64,000 bases of DNA from an uncultured Candidatus Saccharibacteria bacterium. Lineage in GTDB: Bacteria; Patescibacteriota; Saccharimonadia; Saccharimonadales; CAZVRA01. The translations under genes were made by a program, and so were the position numbers. The DNA lies in assembly GCA_964630055.1 (NCBI GenBank), contig CAZVRA010000002.1, positions 207,021 to 271,020 of the forward strand. Reading direction: 5' to 3'. How positions within the stretch are numbered: position 1 is the first letter of the stretch; each line of letters begins with the position of its first letter. Below are positions 33,663 to 43,501 of this stretch, piece after piece. The notes beneath the pieces were generated by a model. The model worked only from the letters and a program-made list of their open reading frames with translations. It made no database searches and was not told the DNA's origin.

Positions 33663-34289
33663 TTAGCGTGAGTAGTATTCTACGATTAGTTGCTCATTAA
33701 TTTCGGGTTCGGCCTCTTCGCGAGTCGGAACTCCCGTAATCGAAACTGTGAATTTTTTGCGATCAACCTTCATCCAGGCTGGAATGGTATCGCTATTTGC
33801 TGGGCTGACATCGTCGATATGCTTAAAATACTGGTTTTGTTTGCTAATGTCCCTAAGCTCTATAGAGTCGCCAGCTTTGACGCGAATTGATGGTATGTCT
33901 ACACGGCGACCATTTAGTATAAAGTGACCGTGAGTAACTAGCTGCCTAGCAGCGCGGCGGCTTGGGGCCAATCCGCTGCGGTAAACTGCGTTATCTAGGC
34001 GTCGTTCCAAAAGCTCAAGCAATATCGCGCCCGACTGGCCTTCTTTGCGGTCGGCCTCGGTCATTAACCTAGAAAATTGTTTTTCTAGTAAGCCATAAAG
34101 TCGTTTAACTTTTTGCTTTTCGCGTAATTGCAGGCTATATTGGCTTGTTTTGCTACGCATACCGCCACGACCACTAGCAGCCTGACCAGGTGGCGTGCTT
34201 CGCTTTAGTAGTGCTTTGTGGGCCTTTGGATGAAGGGCGTAGCCTTCGCGTCGACTCATTTTAACAATCGATTGTCTGTCTCGTGCCAT
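33663..34289 (-). CDS. rpsD: 30S ribosomal protein S4
   Basis: Start at ATG 34289 (MARDRQSIVKMSRREG). S4 domain RLDNAVYRSGLAPSRRAARQLVTHGH. Confidence 0.93.
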   Translation of the reverse strand: MARDRQSIVKMSRREGYALHPKAHKALLKRSTPPGQAASGRGGMRSKTSQYSLQLREKQKVKRLYGLLEKQFSRLMTEADRKEGQSGAILLELLERRLDNAVYRSGLAPSRRAARQLVTHGHFILNGRRVDIPSIRVKAGDSIELRDISKQNQYFKHIDDVSPANSDTIPAWMKVDRKKFTVSITGVPTREEAEPEINEQLIVEYYSR

Positions 34290-34291
34290 GA

Positions 34292-34687
34292 TTAAATCCT
34301 CCGTGCCTTTCGAGGTCTGACACCACCATGGGGAACACCGGTCACATCGCATATGCTTGCTACTTGTACGCCGAGTGTATTGATGGTTCGAACTGCAGAG
34401 TCACGACCAAGGCCAATACCTTTGACAAAGACATCTACCTTTAATAGGCCGTATTGTTGTTTTGCTGCCTGACCAGCTTTTTCGGTGGCAATTTGAGCAG
34501 CGTAAGCTGTGCCCTTTTTGGAACCGCGGAAACCACAACCACCAGCACTGGCTGCTGTTAGTGCGCCGCCATTGGTGTCGGTAAATGTAACGATAGTGTT
34601 ATTAAAGGTTGCATAAATATGGGCTTGGCCAGCGGGAACTTGCCGTTTGGCTTTTTTGCGTTTAGGAGTAGTAGTTGTTTCTGCCAT
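34292..34687 (-). CDS. rpsK: 30S ribosomal protein S11
   Basis: GQAHIYATFNNTIVTFTD and the C-terminal DVTGVPHGGVRPRKARR. Confidence 0.95.
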   Translation of the reverse strand: MAETTTTPKRKKAKRQVPAGQAHIYATFNNTIVTFTDTNGGALTAASAGGCGFRGSKKGTAYAAQIATEKAGQAAKQQYGLLKVDVFVKGIGLGRDSAVRTINTLGVQVASICDVTGVPHGGVRPRKARRI

Positions 34688-34699
34688 ATGTTACCTTTC

Positions 34700-35086
34700 C
34701 TAGGTTTTAGAGGCCACCTTTTTGGCCGTGCCACCAACGGTGACTTTTTTGCCGCGTCTGGTACGGGCGTTGGTTTTGGTGCGCTGACCACGGCTTGGCA
34801 AGCCAGCTTTATGACGCATGCCGCGATAAGCGTTAATATCTTTTAAGCGCTTGATGTTACCGGCAACAATGCGCTGCAATTCACCTTCTACGGTATGTTT
34901 ATCGTTAATAATATCTTGGATGCTACCGATTTCGGCATCGGTCAAGTTTTTTACTCGCACGGTAGGCTCTACTTTAGCTGCTTTTAATATATCGACACTA
35001 GTTTTGGGGCCAATGCCAAATACATAGGTTAGAGCTATTTGAACCTGCTTTTCGCTAGGAATTGTGACACCTGATATACGCGCCAT
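34700..35086 (-). CDS. rpsM: 30S ribosomal protein S13
   Basis: MARISGVTIPSEKQVQIALTYVFGIG is a typical S13 N-terminus. Confidence 0.95.
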   Translation of the reverse strand: MARISGVTIPSEKQVQIALTYVFGIGPKTSVDILKAAKVEPTVRVKNLTDAEIGSIQDIINDKHTVEGELQRIVAGNIKRLKDINAYRGMRHKAGLPSRGQRTKTNARTRRGKKVTVGGTAKKVASKT

Positions 35087-35088
35087 AA

Positions 35089-35205
35089 CTAGCCTTGCCT
35101 CTGCTTATGCTTAGGTTTTAATTTGTTTATAACGTAAAGACGACCTTTACGACGAACGATCTTGTCGTCTGGACTGATTTTTTTGACACTTGCACGCACT
35201 TTCAT
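35089..35205 (-). CDS. rpmJ: 50S ribosomal protein L36
   Basis: Not in the ORF track because it is too short. Reverse complement translates [38 protein letters not shown]. Lies between infA and rpsM as expected. Confidence 0.9.
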   Translation of the reverse strand: MKVRASVKKISPDDKIVRRKGRLYVINKLKPKHKQRQG

Positions 35206-35294
35206 GCGGATTACTGGCTCCTTTTCTGCTAGTAACACACTGCTTATTTTTTATAAAATATTAGTTTCGACGTATAAAACGCCACTAACCAAAC

Positions 35295-35516
35295 TCAGGT
35301 GCGTCTGTAGGTGATTCTGCCCTTTGAAAGATCATAAGGGGTCAACTCGACCGTGACGCTGTCGCCGGGTACTATGCGAATGTAATGTTTACGCATCTTA
35401 CCAGCAACGTGGGCTATAATCTGATGACCGTTTTCAAGTTCGACACGAAATTGAGTACCCGGTAGAGTCTCTACAATAGTACCTGTTAATTCGATTACTT
35501 CCTTGTTAGCTGCCAT
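35295..35516 (-). CDS. infA: translation initiation factor IF-1
   Basis: 73 aa S1-like OB fold, [33 protein letters not shown]. Confidence 0.95.
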   Translation of the reverse strand: MAANKEVIELTGTIVETLPGTQFRVELENGHQIIAHVAGKMRKHYIRIVPGDSVTVELTPYDLSKGRITYRRT

Positions 35517-35565
35517 AAGTATAACAAGGTTAGATTATAACAGATACGCATCTGTTCTGTAAAGC

Positions 35566-37074
35566 CTATTTTTTAAATTTCTTATTATTGCGACCCAATC
35601 GAGGCAAAAATCGCAGCCGCCGAGCGCCAGTAGCAGCCAAACCAGGCTCGTCGACATCGTAAAAGAAATCTGGCTGCTCGTACTGGTCGTATGTTACCAT
35701 TAGGGCCCTTGATTCTATCTGCCGCAGAGTTTCTAGTGCCACCGAGACCAAAATTAGGATACTGGTTCCGCCGATGCTCATATTGGTTTTGATAAATATT
35801 TGAGCAATGATGGGCAGTAATGCTAAAAGTCCTAACGACAGGGCGCCGAACAAAGTCAGGCGGTTGACGACGCGTGATAAATACTTTTCGGTACGCTTGC
35901 CGGCTCGCACTCCCTCGACAAATCCACCTTGCTTTTGCAGGTTTTCTGATATTTCTTTGCTGTCGAAGGTAATGCTGGTGTAGAAAAAGGTGAATATAAA
36001 AACTAGCAAGAAGTAGACTAACGGATAAATATATGGCTGCCATCCACCATTTTGAAATGATTCGGCCGTTGGTTGTTGAAACAGTTTAACCATATGTACA
36101 CCAAGCTCCCGGAGCCTTTGGCTAGAATTACTGCTAAGTATTTGACCAACAAAGCTAGGTGCACTTAAAAATGCCAAGGCAAAGATAATAGGTACAACCC
36201 CAGCGGTAATTAGTTTGACTGGCAAAATAGTGGTTATGCCGCCGTAAGCTCTGTTGCCTTGCACTCGTTTAGCGTAATTAATGGTTATTTTACGCGAAGC
36301 TTCGTTAAGTTTAACGATAAATATAGTAACTAATATAACTATGGCTGCAATTATTAAAGAATAGATCAGCCCAGTTTTACTGACGGGTAAATCTCGTCCA
36401 AAAATATGCCATCGATCTTGTTTGTTAAAGACGCTACTAACAATGGTCGAGAAGTTTTTGGGCAAGCTACTGACAATGCCGACGGTAATAATCAGCGATA
36501 TGCCGTTGCCGATGCTCTGCTCGGTTATAAGCTCTCCGAGCCACATTAGTATCATCGAGCCGCCAGTTAAAGTGGCTACCATTAGGACCCATTGCAGAAC
36601 TGAGGTGTTGGCGGTGATATCGCCCAGACCACCGATGCTGGCTGCCGATTGACGAACTAAATATATAGCACCTATGGATTGTATTATGGCTAGAGGTAGG
36701 GAGAGTATTCTGGTATATTGGTTGATCTTTTTGCGGCCAAATTCGCCTTCGTTATTGAGTGCTTCGAGCTTGGGTATGGCCTTGGACAGCAGCTGCATAA
36801 TAATGGACGCGTTAATGTACGGCCCCATGCCTACTAGCATAATCGAAAAGTTAGCTAGTGCTCCACCAGATAAAACATTAATAAAACTAAATATTTGCGG
36901 TGAATTACTTGAATTGAACAGGTTTTCTAAAATTTGCTTTAGAGTTTTTGGATCACTGAGCGGAACTGGAATGTGCGCCAAAATACGAAAAACTAGTAGC
37001 ATGCCAAGAACAGCCAAAATACGCTTGCGCATGTCGTTGTTTTTTAGTGATTGCCAAATTGTTTTCCAGCTCAT
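35566..37074 (-). CDS. secY: preprotein translocase subunit SecY
   Basis: Start at ATG 37074 (MSWKTIWQSL). 10-TM SecY pattern. Lies downstream of rplO. Confidence 0.93.
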   Translation of the reverse strand: MSWKTIWQSLKNNDMRKRILAVLGMLLVFRILAHIPVPLSDPKTLKQILENLFNSSNSPQIFSFINVLSGGALANFSIMLVGMGPYINASIIMQLLSKAIPKLEALNNEGEFGRKKINQYTRILSLPLAIIQSIGAIYLVRQSAASIGGLGDITANTSVLQWVLMVATLTGGSMILMWLGELITEQSIGNGISLIITVGIVSSLPKNFSTIVSSVFNKQDRWHIFGRDLPVSKTGLIYSLIIAAIVILVTIFIVKLNEASRKITINYAKRVQGNRAYGGITTILPVKLITAGVVPIIFALAFLSAPSFVGQILSSNSSQRLRELGVHMVKLFQQPTAESFQNGGWQPYIYPLVYFLLVFIFTFFYTSITFDSKEISENLQKQGGFVEGVRAGKRTEKYLSRVVNRLTLFGALSLGLLALLPIIAQIFIKTNMSIGGTSILILVSVALETLRQIESRALMVTYDQYEQPDFFYDVDEPGLAATGARRLRFLPRLGRNNKKFKK

Positions 37075-37184
37075 GAGACCCTCTTTATGCATCTTTATGC
37101 AATTACTGCCAGTATATCAGCTTATTTTATTGAATGCTGTTGTGTTTTTTAAATTTATCGAAGTATAGAGCCTGCTTAACTTGC

Positions 37185-37688
37185 TTATTTAGAGCCTGCT
37201 TTTTTGGTTTTGCGTGAACCAGTCACATCTTTGCCATTTGTTTTGGGCCTGGGTAGGCGCTCGGTGATTTTAAAGCTACCGCCGGCTGCCTCTAAAGACT
37301 TGATTGCACCTGCGGACGCAGCTTGCAGATTGACAGTGTGTTTCTGGGTTACAGGACTGCCTAGAATAAGCTTAATGCTTACATGCGGTGACGGCACTAA
37401 CCCGGCATCAGCAAGGGTTTGGCTGGTTATGTTTGCACCCAGACCGTTAAGCTGTTCGGTACGAATTGCGACTGGTGCGACTTTATGAGATGTAAAGCCC
37501 CGCAGTTTTGGTAATCGCTGAGACAAGGGGTTTTGGCCGCCTTCGAATCCATGGCGTGATTTATAGCCTGTTCGTGATTTTTGACCTTTAGTACCGCGGC
37601 CGGCTGTTTTTCCTTGACCGGCAGCAATACCACGACCAACTCGCTTGCCAGAAGTTTTGGCCGAGACTTGCAATTGGTTGTATTTCAT
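37185..37688 (-). CDS. rplO: 50S ribosomal protein L15
   Basis: KRVGRGIAAGQGKTAGRGTKGQKSR is typical of L15. Confidence 0.95.
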   Translation of the reverse strand: MKYNQLQVSAKTSGKRVGRGIAAGQGKTAGRGTKGQKSRTGYKSRHGFEGGQNPLSQRLPKLRGFTSHKVAPVAIRTEQLNGLGANITSQTLADAGLVPSPHVSIKLILGSPVTQKHTVNLQAASAGAIKSLEAAGGSFKITERLPRPKTNGKDVTGSRKTKKAGSK

Positions 37689-38299
37689 TATTTTGTCTCC
37701 TTTTTGGCTTTTTTGTCGGTCACCGTGGCGCTGCTTTTACCTTTTTTTGTGGTCTTTGCGGCTACTGTTGCTGTTGGCTTGTTCTGTCGGGTAATCCAGT
37801 TCTTGGCTGGCTCCATAGACTGCAAAGCTTTGACAGTGGCATAAGCAGTGTTGGTTTTGTTGGTAGAACCAAGCGATTTGCTAAGAGCGTTATTAACGCC
37901 TGCAACCTCTAGAACTGTTCTAACTACACCGCCGGCAATTAAGCCTGTACCCGGACTAGCTGGCTTGATTAATATGTTAGCTCCTCCAACCTTAGCTATG
38001 GCTTCATGAGGTAGTGTTCCCTTGTAAAGCTGAACGGTAATCATATTCTTTTTGGCAACTTCCATAGCCTTGGCTACAGCAGTGGTGACATCAGCTCCTT
38101 TGGCCGAACCAATTCCAAGTCGATTTTTCCTGTCGCCTACTGCTACAAGCGCTCGAAAACGAAAGCGACGGCCGCCTTTTACGACTCTTGCGACTCGGTC
38201 GATGTGCATAACGCGCTCATCGAACAGTTTTTCTTCTTGATGACCATCTCGGTGACCACGGGATTGTCTTTGTCGGTTGTTATGCTGCTTATTATCCAT
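37688..38299 (-). CDS. rpsE: 30S ribosomal protein S5 with Lys-rich C-terminal tail
   Basis: Start at ATG 38299 (MDNKQHNN). Core VARVVKGGRRFRFRALVAVGD. Its stop overlaps the rplO start, so no rpmD lies between them. Confidence 0.93.
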   Translation of the reverse strand: MDNKQHNNRQRQSRGHRDGHQEEKLFDERVMHIDRVARVVKGGRRFRFRALVAVGDRKNRLGIGSAKGADVTTAVAKAMEVAKKNMITVQLYKGTLPHEAIAKVGGANILIKPASPGTGLIAGGVVRTVLEVAGVNNALSKSLGSTNKTNTAYATVKALQSMEPAKNWITRQNKPTATVAAKTTKKGKSSATVTDKKAKKETK

Positions 38300-38300
38300 A

Positions 38301-38654
38301 CTAAAACTCCAATCCTGCTTCGCGAGCGGCATCGGCCAAAGCTTTTATGCGACCATGATATAATCGGCCGCCTCGATCAAACACCACCTTTTTAATTTTA
38401 ACCTTGGCAGCTTTTTTGGCAATGTCTTTGCCAACTAATTCGGCTTTTTTTGTCATATTACCATCCATTTTGGCGCCGACAGAAGTACTGTAGACAATAG
38501 TCTGGTGTTTTGTATCGTCAATAATCTGTGCAGTAACATGCAAATTGCTGACATTAACAGATAGGCGCGGTCGATCGCTGCTGCCGGTCAGGCCAGTACG
38601 AGTTCGGTGCTGGCGCCGCTTATAATTTTTTAGGGTGTGTGCTATACGGTTCAT
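38301..38654 (-). CDS. rplR: 50S ribosomal protein L18
   Basis: Start at ATG 38654 (MNRIAHTLKNYKRRQHRTR). C-terminal FDRGGRLYHGRIKALADAAREAGLEF. Confidence 0.93.
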   Translation of the reverse strand: MNRIAHTLKNYKRRQHRTRTGLTGSSDRPRLSVNVSNLHVTAQIIDDTKHQTIVYSTSVGAKMDGNMTKKAELVGKDIAKKAAKVKIKKVVFDRGGRLYHGRIKALADAAREAGLEF

Positions 38655-38655
38655 A

Positions 38656-39195
38656 TTATTTATCCTTGCCCGACTTTCCTGATTTACGAATAATGCGCTC
38701 GCCAACATATTTGATGCCTTTACCTTTGTACGGTTCTGGTTTCTTGAGCGCTCTAATGTCGGCAGCCACCTGCCCAACTTGCTGTTTATCAATACCGCTA
38801 ACGGTTATTGTGTTTTGCTCTACAGCGGCAGTAATGCCTGTAGGTATTTTAAAGATAACATCGTGCGACAAGCCAATGTTAAATTTTAAGTCAGTTCCCT
38901 GAGCCGCTACACGATAACCAACACCGTTAATTTCTAGCTTTTTGCTAAAACCTTGCGACACTCCAACCACCATATTGTTGATAAGAGCTCGCATTAAACC
39001 GTGGTTGGCGCGGTTTTTTGGCTCATCATTTTGTCTTTGGACGGCCAAGATTCCGTCCTTTTGTTCGAAGCTGACTCCGGGCACTACAAATTGTTTTAGC
39101 GTGCCTTTGCTACCACTAACGGTTACTTCGTTGTTGTCGACAGTGATTGTCACACCCGATGGTACTTGGATGGGTAGTTTTCCTACTCGACTCAT
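38656..39195 (-). CDS. rplF: 50S ribosomal protein L6
   Basis: MSRVGKLPIQVPSGVTITV is a typical L6 N-terminus. Confidence 0.95.
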   Translation of the reverse strand: MSRVGKLPIQVPSGVTITVDNNEVTVSGSKGTLKQFVVPGVSFEQKDGILAVQRQNDEPKNRANHGLMRALINNMVVGVSQGFSKKLEINGVGYRVAAQGTDLKFNIGLSHDVIFKIPTGITAAVEQNTITVSGIDKQQVGQVAADIRALKKPEPYKGKGIKYVGERIIRKSGKSGKDK

Positions 39196-39211
39196 TTTCC
39201 GTTCTCCTTAC

Positions 39212-39613
39212 TTAATAAACCTTACAAATTAATTCACCGCCAATACCATTTTGTTTGGCCTCGGCGCCGGTCATTAGACCGTGCGATGTTGAAACAATAA
39301 CAATTCCACGACCGCTTTTGACAGTTGGAATATCTTTGGCTTTAACATAATGGCGTCGGCCAGGCGTGCTGATACGGGCAATTTCGGTAATACGAGCATT
39401 GGCAGATGGGCCATTAATAACTATGCGTAGAGATTTACCAATTTCGGCTTTGTCTACATGGACGCTGTCGATAAAATTATTGGTCTGTAGCATCTGAGCA
39501 ACGGCCTGCTTAACACTAGAATGAGGCATTACCACTTCTTGTTTGTGTACGGCAATGGCATTGCGGATTCGTGTTAACATGTCTGCGATTGGGTCAGTTG
39601 ATGTTTTTGACAT
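39212..39613 (-). CDS. rpsH: 30S ribosomal protein S8
   Basis: DPIADMLTRIRNA is a typical S8 N-terminus. Confidence 0.95.
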   Translation of the reverse strand: MSKTSTDPIADMLTRIRNAIAVHKQEVVMPHSSVKQAVAQMLQTNNFIDSVHVDKAEIGKSLRIVINGPSANARITEIARISTPGRRHYVKAKDIPTVKSGRGIVIVSTSHGLMTGAEAKQNGIGGELICKVY

Positions 39614-39622
39614 ATTTGCTCC

Positions 39623-39892
39623 TTACCAGCTTGCCTTAGTTACGCCAGGTATTTCACCCTTGCTGGCGTGTTCGCGGAAACTGATTCTTGATAAGCCAAA
39701 GGTACGCATGTAGGCGTGAGGTCGGCCAGTTTCGATGCAGCGATTTTTCCAGCGAGTTGGTGAAGAATTACGGGGCAATTTATGCAAACCTTCTTGGTCG
39801 CCCAAAGCTTTTAGCTCGGCACGTTTAGCTGCATATTGCTTGATCATTTTTTGTCGCTTCAAATCACGAGCCACAATTGATTTTTTAGCCAT
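39623..39892 (-). CDS. rpsN: 30S ribosomal protein S14 (long, Cys-less form)
   Basis: 89 aa, ending [11 protein letters not shown]. Confidence 0.93.
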   Translation of the reverse strand: MAKKSIVARDLKRQKMIKQYAAKRAELKALGDQEGLHKLPRNSSPTRWKNRCIETGRPHAYMRTFGLSRISFREHASKGEIPGVTKASW

Positions 39893-40542
39893 TAGTGCTT
39901 CTCCTTTTTGTGCGATTTCTCAAACGGCATATTAAATTTCTCGAGTAAAGCTTTGGCATGTTCTGGTTTCTCTGCCCGGATTACAAAAACTACCTGCAAA
40001 CCATGAACAGTAGTCGTTTCTTCAAAACTTAGTTCTGGAAAAACCGACTGGTCAACAAAACCAATGCTGTAGTTGCCGCTAGCATCAAAAGCTCCAGCTT
40101 TGACGCCATGAAAGTCGCGCAAGCGAGGCAATACAATATTAATTAAGCGGTCCATAAATTCGTACATTCTAATATCTCGCAGCGTGACCTTAAGGCCGAT
40201 GCGGTTACCATCACGCAGCTTAAAAGATGCGATGGATTTTTTGGCAATTGTTTCGATTGGTTGCTGAGCAGTAATTTTGCGCAGTGTGTTGGTGGCAACT
40301 TCGAAAAGCTTTTTGTCGTCTTTGCCACGGCCAAGACCAATGTTGACAACCACCTTTTCGAGACGTGGAACCTGGTGGATATTGGCTAATTTTAGCTCGT
40401 CTTTTAGCTCATTAACATACTGCTTTGCGTATAGGTCTTTAAGCCGAGCCGTAGTGGCCTTGGTGCTCTTAGAGGTAGCGGATTTTGTCTTGGCTGCCTC
40501 TGAAGTAGCAGTTTTTTTAGTAGCTGTTGTATTGGCAGTCAT
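39892..40542 (-). CDS. rplE: 50S ribosomal protein L5 with Thr/Lys/Ala-rich N-terminal extension
   Basis: The core starts near [15 protein letters not shown]. Position is between rplX and rpsN. Confidence 0.93.
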   Translation of the reverse strand: MTANTTATKKTATSEAAKTKSATSKSTKATTARLKDLYAKQYVNELKDELKLANIHQVPRLEKVVVNIGLGRGKDDKKLFEVATNTLRKITAQQPIETIAKKSIASFKLRDGNRIGLKVTLRDIRMYEFMDRLINIVLPRLRDFHGVKAGAFDASGNYSIGFVDQSVFPELSFEETTTVHGLQVVFVIRAEKPEHAKALLEKFNMPFEKSHKKEKH

Positions 40543-40892
40543 TATTTGATCTCCTTTTTGGAGCCAGCATAGACACGCTTTTTATTGCCGTCTTTGTCGA
40601 CTACGTATGCAATACGAGCTGGTTTTTTGGTGCTCGGGTCAATAACCGAAACTTTTGATACCCAAATAGGTTTAGTAATTTCGACAATTGCGCCTTGAGG
40701 GTTCTGACGGTTAGGCTTGACATGTTTTTTGACGATGTTAATGCCTTCGACAGTAACCTTGTTTAGGCTGGGATGAGTGGCCTGTATAGTGCCGGTCTGG
40801 CCTTTGTACTTGCCGGACCTGACAACAACTTTGTCGCCCTTTTGCAGACGAATTTTGTGAATAGTCCTGGTGTCTTGGAATTTTTTAAACAT
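40542..40892 (-). CDS. rplX: 50S ribosomal protein L24
   Basis: KOW motif KGDKVVVRSGKYKGQTG. Confidence 0.95.
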   Translation of the reverse strand: MFKKFQDTRTIHKIRLQKGDKVVVRSGKYKGQTGTIQATHPSLNKVTVEGINIVKKHVKPNRQNPQGAIVEITKPIWVSKVSVIDPSTKKPARIAYVVDKDGNKKRVYAGSKKEIK

Positions 40893-41260
40893 TATAGTAC
40901 CTCCGGAGCCAAGCTTATGATCTTTGCATAGCCCAAATCGCGTAGCTCACGCGGCACTGGGCCAAAGATACGAGTTGCCTTGGGGGTTTTGTCGTCGCCA
41001 ACAATAACCGCTGCATTGTCATCGAAGCAAATTGATGAGCCATCCTTGCGATTAATCTGCTGCTTGGTTCGAACAACTACTGCCTTGACTACTGACTTTT
41101 TCTTGACATTGCCCTGGGGGCTAGCTTGCTTAACAGTGGCCACGATAATGTCGCCAACACGGGCATAACGACGGCGAGTGCCGCCAAGGACACGAATGCA
41201 AAGGATCTCTTTAGCGCCACTGTTGTCGCAAATATTTAGACGGGATTCTTGCTGTATCAT
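40892..41260 (-). CDS. rplN: 50S ribosomal protein L14
   Basis: Start at ATG 41260 ([18 protein letters not shown]). Confidence 0.95.
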   Translation of the reverse strand: MIQQESRLNICDNSGAKEILCIRVLGGTRRRYARVGDIIVATVKQASPQGNVKKKSVVKAVVVRTKQQINRKDGSSICFDDNAAVIVGDDKTPKATRIFGPVPRELRDLGYAKIISLAPEVL

Positions 41261-41261
41261 G

Positions 41262-41573
41262 CTATTTCTCCTCGTCCTTGGTTTCGTCCTCTTTGCTAGC
41301 AGTAACTGCATCAACCGACTGGTCTTTGCTAATTAGAGCTTTGTCGACAACTTTTACCAAAATAAAACGTTTGCGGGCACTTAGTGGGCGGGTCTCGGCA
41401 ATAATTACTTTATCGCCCTCTTTGGCCTGGTTTTTTTCGTCGTGAGCCATAAACTTCATGGTAGAAGAATAGGCCTTTTTGTAAATTGGATGCTTTTTAC
41501 GGGTGTGAACGGCTACGACAATAGTTTTGTCGGTTTTGCTGGAACTCACCACGCCAGTTAATGTCTTAGCCAT
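41262..41573 (-). CDS. rpsQ: 30S ribosomal protein S17
   Basis: [18 protein letters not shown]...[13 protein letters not shown], typical of S17, with an acidic tail. Confidence 0.93.
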   Translation of the reverse strand: MAKTLTGVVSSSKTDKTIVVAVHTRKKHPIYKKAYSSTMKFMAHDEKNQAKEGDKVIIAETRPLSARKRFILVKVVDKALISKDQSVDAVTASKEDETKDEEK

Positions 41574-41774
41574 TTAGGTGGTCTCCTTGGTTAGTTGTTC
41601 GGCTAGCACGGTTAGTACTCGAGCCAAATCTTTACGTTTACTGCGAATCAGCCGAACATTGGTTTGGTCACCCATATGAATGCTGCGTCTTAGTTCAGCA
41701 ATTTCAGTGCGCAAATTAGTGCTTTCGGTGGTTAGCTTGGCAGTTGATTGCTTGCGGATATCGGCAATTTTCAT
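41574..41774 (-). CDS. rpmC: 50S ribosomal protein L29
   Basis: 66 aa helical protein between rplP and rpsQ. Confidence 0.9.
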   Translation of the reverse strand: MKIADIRKQSTAKLTTESTNLRTEIAELRRSIHMGDQTNVRLIRSKRKDLARVLTVLAEQLTKETT

Positions 41775-41776
41775 GA

Positions 41777-42190
41777 CTATGCCTCCTCCTTAACTAAAAA
41801 CTTGGTTTTTACAGGTAGCTTGTGGCTAGCAAGTCGCATGGCTTCGCGAGCGACTTCTTCGCTGACGCCCTGCATTTCGAACATAATTGTGCCGGGTCTG
41901 ACTTTGGCTACAAAAAATTCGGGGTTGCCTTTGCCGCTACCCATTTTTACGTCTTGAGGTTTGCGGGTGACTGGCGTGTGGGGGAAAATCCGGATCCATA
42001 TTTTGCCACCACGCTTGATGTAACGGGTCATAGCCTGACGGGCAGCTTCGATTTGTCTAGATGTAATTCGGTCGGTTCCTTGGCACTGCAAGGCATATTG
42101 GCCAAAAGCAATATAATTGCCGCTAGTGGCGATACCAGTAATGCGGCCCTTTCGCACCTTGCGATACTTGGTTCTTTTAGGTAGTAACAT
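41777..42190 (-). CDS. rplP: 50S ribosomal protein L16
   Basis: [16 protein letters not shown] is a typical L16 N-terminus. Confidence 0.95.
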   Translation of the reverse strand: MLLPKRTKYRKVRKGRITGIATSGNYIAFGQYALQCQGTDRITSRQIEAARQAMTRYIKRGGKIWIRIFPHTPVTRKPQDVKMGSGKGNPEFFVAKVRPGTIMFEMQGVSEEVAREAMRLASHKLPVKTKFLVKEEA

Positions 42191-42819
42191 TACTGCGCCT
42201 CCCCTTTATAGATCCAGACTTTAACACCGATGATACCGGCGGGGGTCTGAGCACGAGCACCAGAGTAATCTATGTTGGCACGAACTGTGTGCAGTGGTAC
42301 GCTACCCTGAACTTCTTTTTCGCGACGTGACATTTCGGCGCCGTTTAATCGTCCGGCAACTTCTATACGAATGCCTTGGGCACCTGAACGCATTGTGGCA
42401 GCCGCAGTTGATTTAATAGCGCGCCTAAAGCTAATGCGTCGTTCTAGCTGATGAGCAATGTTTTCGGCGACCAGCTTAGCATAAAGTTCGGGCTTTTTGA
42501 TTTCTTCTATATTGACGCGAGTTGGCGTATCAAAGATTTTTTCTACGGCCGCTTTTAGCTCTTGTGCCCCTGAGCCACCGCGGCCAATAACTACGCCAGC
42601 CTTAGCAGTTGCAATTGTAACAGTCACCAAATTTGGGGAGCGTTCGATATCTACTGTATTGATGGCAGCGCGACTACCCAGCTTATCGTGGATGTGTTTG
42701 CGGACTTTAATGTCTTGCGCCAAATAATTTGCATAATCGCGACGATTGGCAAACCACTTACTGCGCCAATTCTTATTGACTTGCAAGCGCATGCTGATGG
42801 GGTTAACTTTTTGGCCCAT
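42190..42819 (-). CDS. rpsC: 30S ribosomal protein S3
   Basis: [24 protein letters not shown] and a KH domain. Confidence 0.95.
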   Translation of the reverse strand: MGQKVNPISMRLQVNKNWRSKWFANRRDYANYLAQDIKVRKHIHDKLGSRAAINTVDIERSPNLVTVTIATAKAGVVIGRGGSGAQELKAAVEKIFDTPTRVNIEEIKKPELYAKLVAENIAHQLERRISFRRAIKSTAAATMRSGAQGIRIEVAGRLNGAEMSRREKEVQGSVPLHTVRANIDYSGARAQTPAGIIGVKVWIYKGEAQ

Positions 42820-43217
42820 TATTTGGCCTCCTTATTGCTTGACTTAGCCTTAGTGGCAGCGGTCGCTGGTTTTTTGACAGGACGAGACTCGCCATCGACG
42901 ACTACACGAATATGACTGGTGCGCCGCTGAAAAGGCAGGGCCCGCCCATGGGCAGCTGGGCGGAAACGCTTTAGTCGGGCGCCTGGTGTAACGCTGATTT
43001 CTGTAATAACTAAGGTTTCTGGCTTGATGCGATGGTTGTTGTCAGCATTGGCCTGGGCTGAACGGATGACTTTGATAACAGGCAACGCTGCTCGCCTTGG
43101 TGTGTGCTGCAAAATGGTCAGTGCATCTTCGACGCTGCGTCCACGCACCAGACTAGCCACAACGCCAACCTTGCGGGGGCTCATTCGGACACCTTTAGCT
43201 ACGGCTTTGACAGACAT
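42819..43217 (-). CDS. rplV: 50S ribosomal protein L22
   Basis: VRMSPRKVGVVASLVRG, typical of L22. Confidence 0.95.
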   Translation of the reverse strand: MSVKAVAKGVRMSPRKVGVVASLVRGRSVEDALTILQHTPRRAALPVIKVIRSAQANADNNHRIKPETLVITEISVTPGARLKRFRPAAHGRALPFQRRTSHIRVVVDGESRPVKKPATAATKAKSSNKEAK

Positions 43218-43492
43218 TATCGGCCTCCCTTAGCTAGCTTACCGCCATGACTGCGGAACTTGCGAGTTGGACTAAATTCGCCTAATTTATGACCAACCAT
43301 GTTTTCTGTAATAAACACCGGTACATGTACTTTGCCATTGTGAACAGCGATTGTTCGGCCAACAAAATCAGGGCTGATGGTGCTGGCCCTAGCCCAGGTT
43401 TTAATAATAGTTCGATCTTCGGAGCCAAGAGCAGAGACTTTCTTAGCCAGTTTAGGATCGACAAATGGTCCTTTTTTGAGTGATCGGCTCAT
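43217..43492 (-). CDS. rpsS: 30S ribosomal protein S19
   Basis: [12 protein letters not shown]...[13 protein letters not shown]. Confidence 0.95.
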   Translation of the reverse strand: MSRSLKKGPFVDPKLAKKVSALGSEDRTIIKTWARASTISPDFVGRTIAVHNGKVHVPVFITENMVGHKLGEFSPTRKFRSHGGKLAKGGR

Positions 43493-43501
43493 AGTGACTC
43501 C

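Noticed and set aside
35585-36043. 152 aa alternative-frame ORF inside secY, plus many 60-120 aa antisense or alt-frame ORFs inside rpoB, rpoC, fusA, tuf and r-protein genes
   Set aside because: They are nested within strongly supported conserved genes and have no independent motif or signal.
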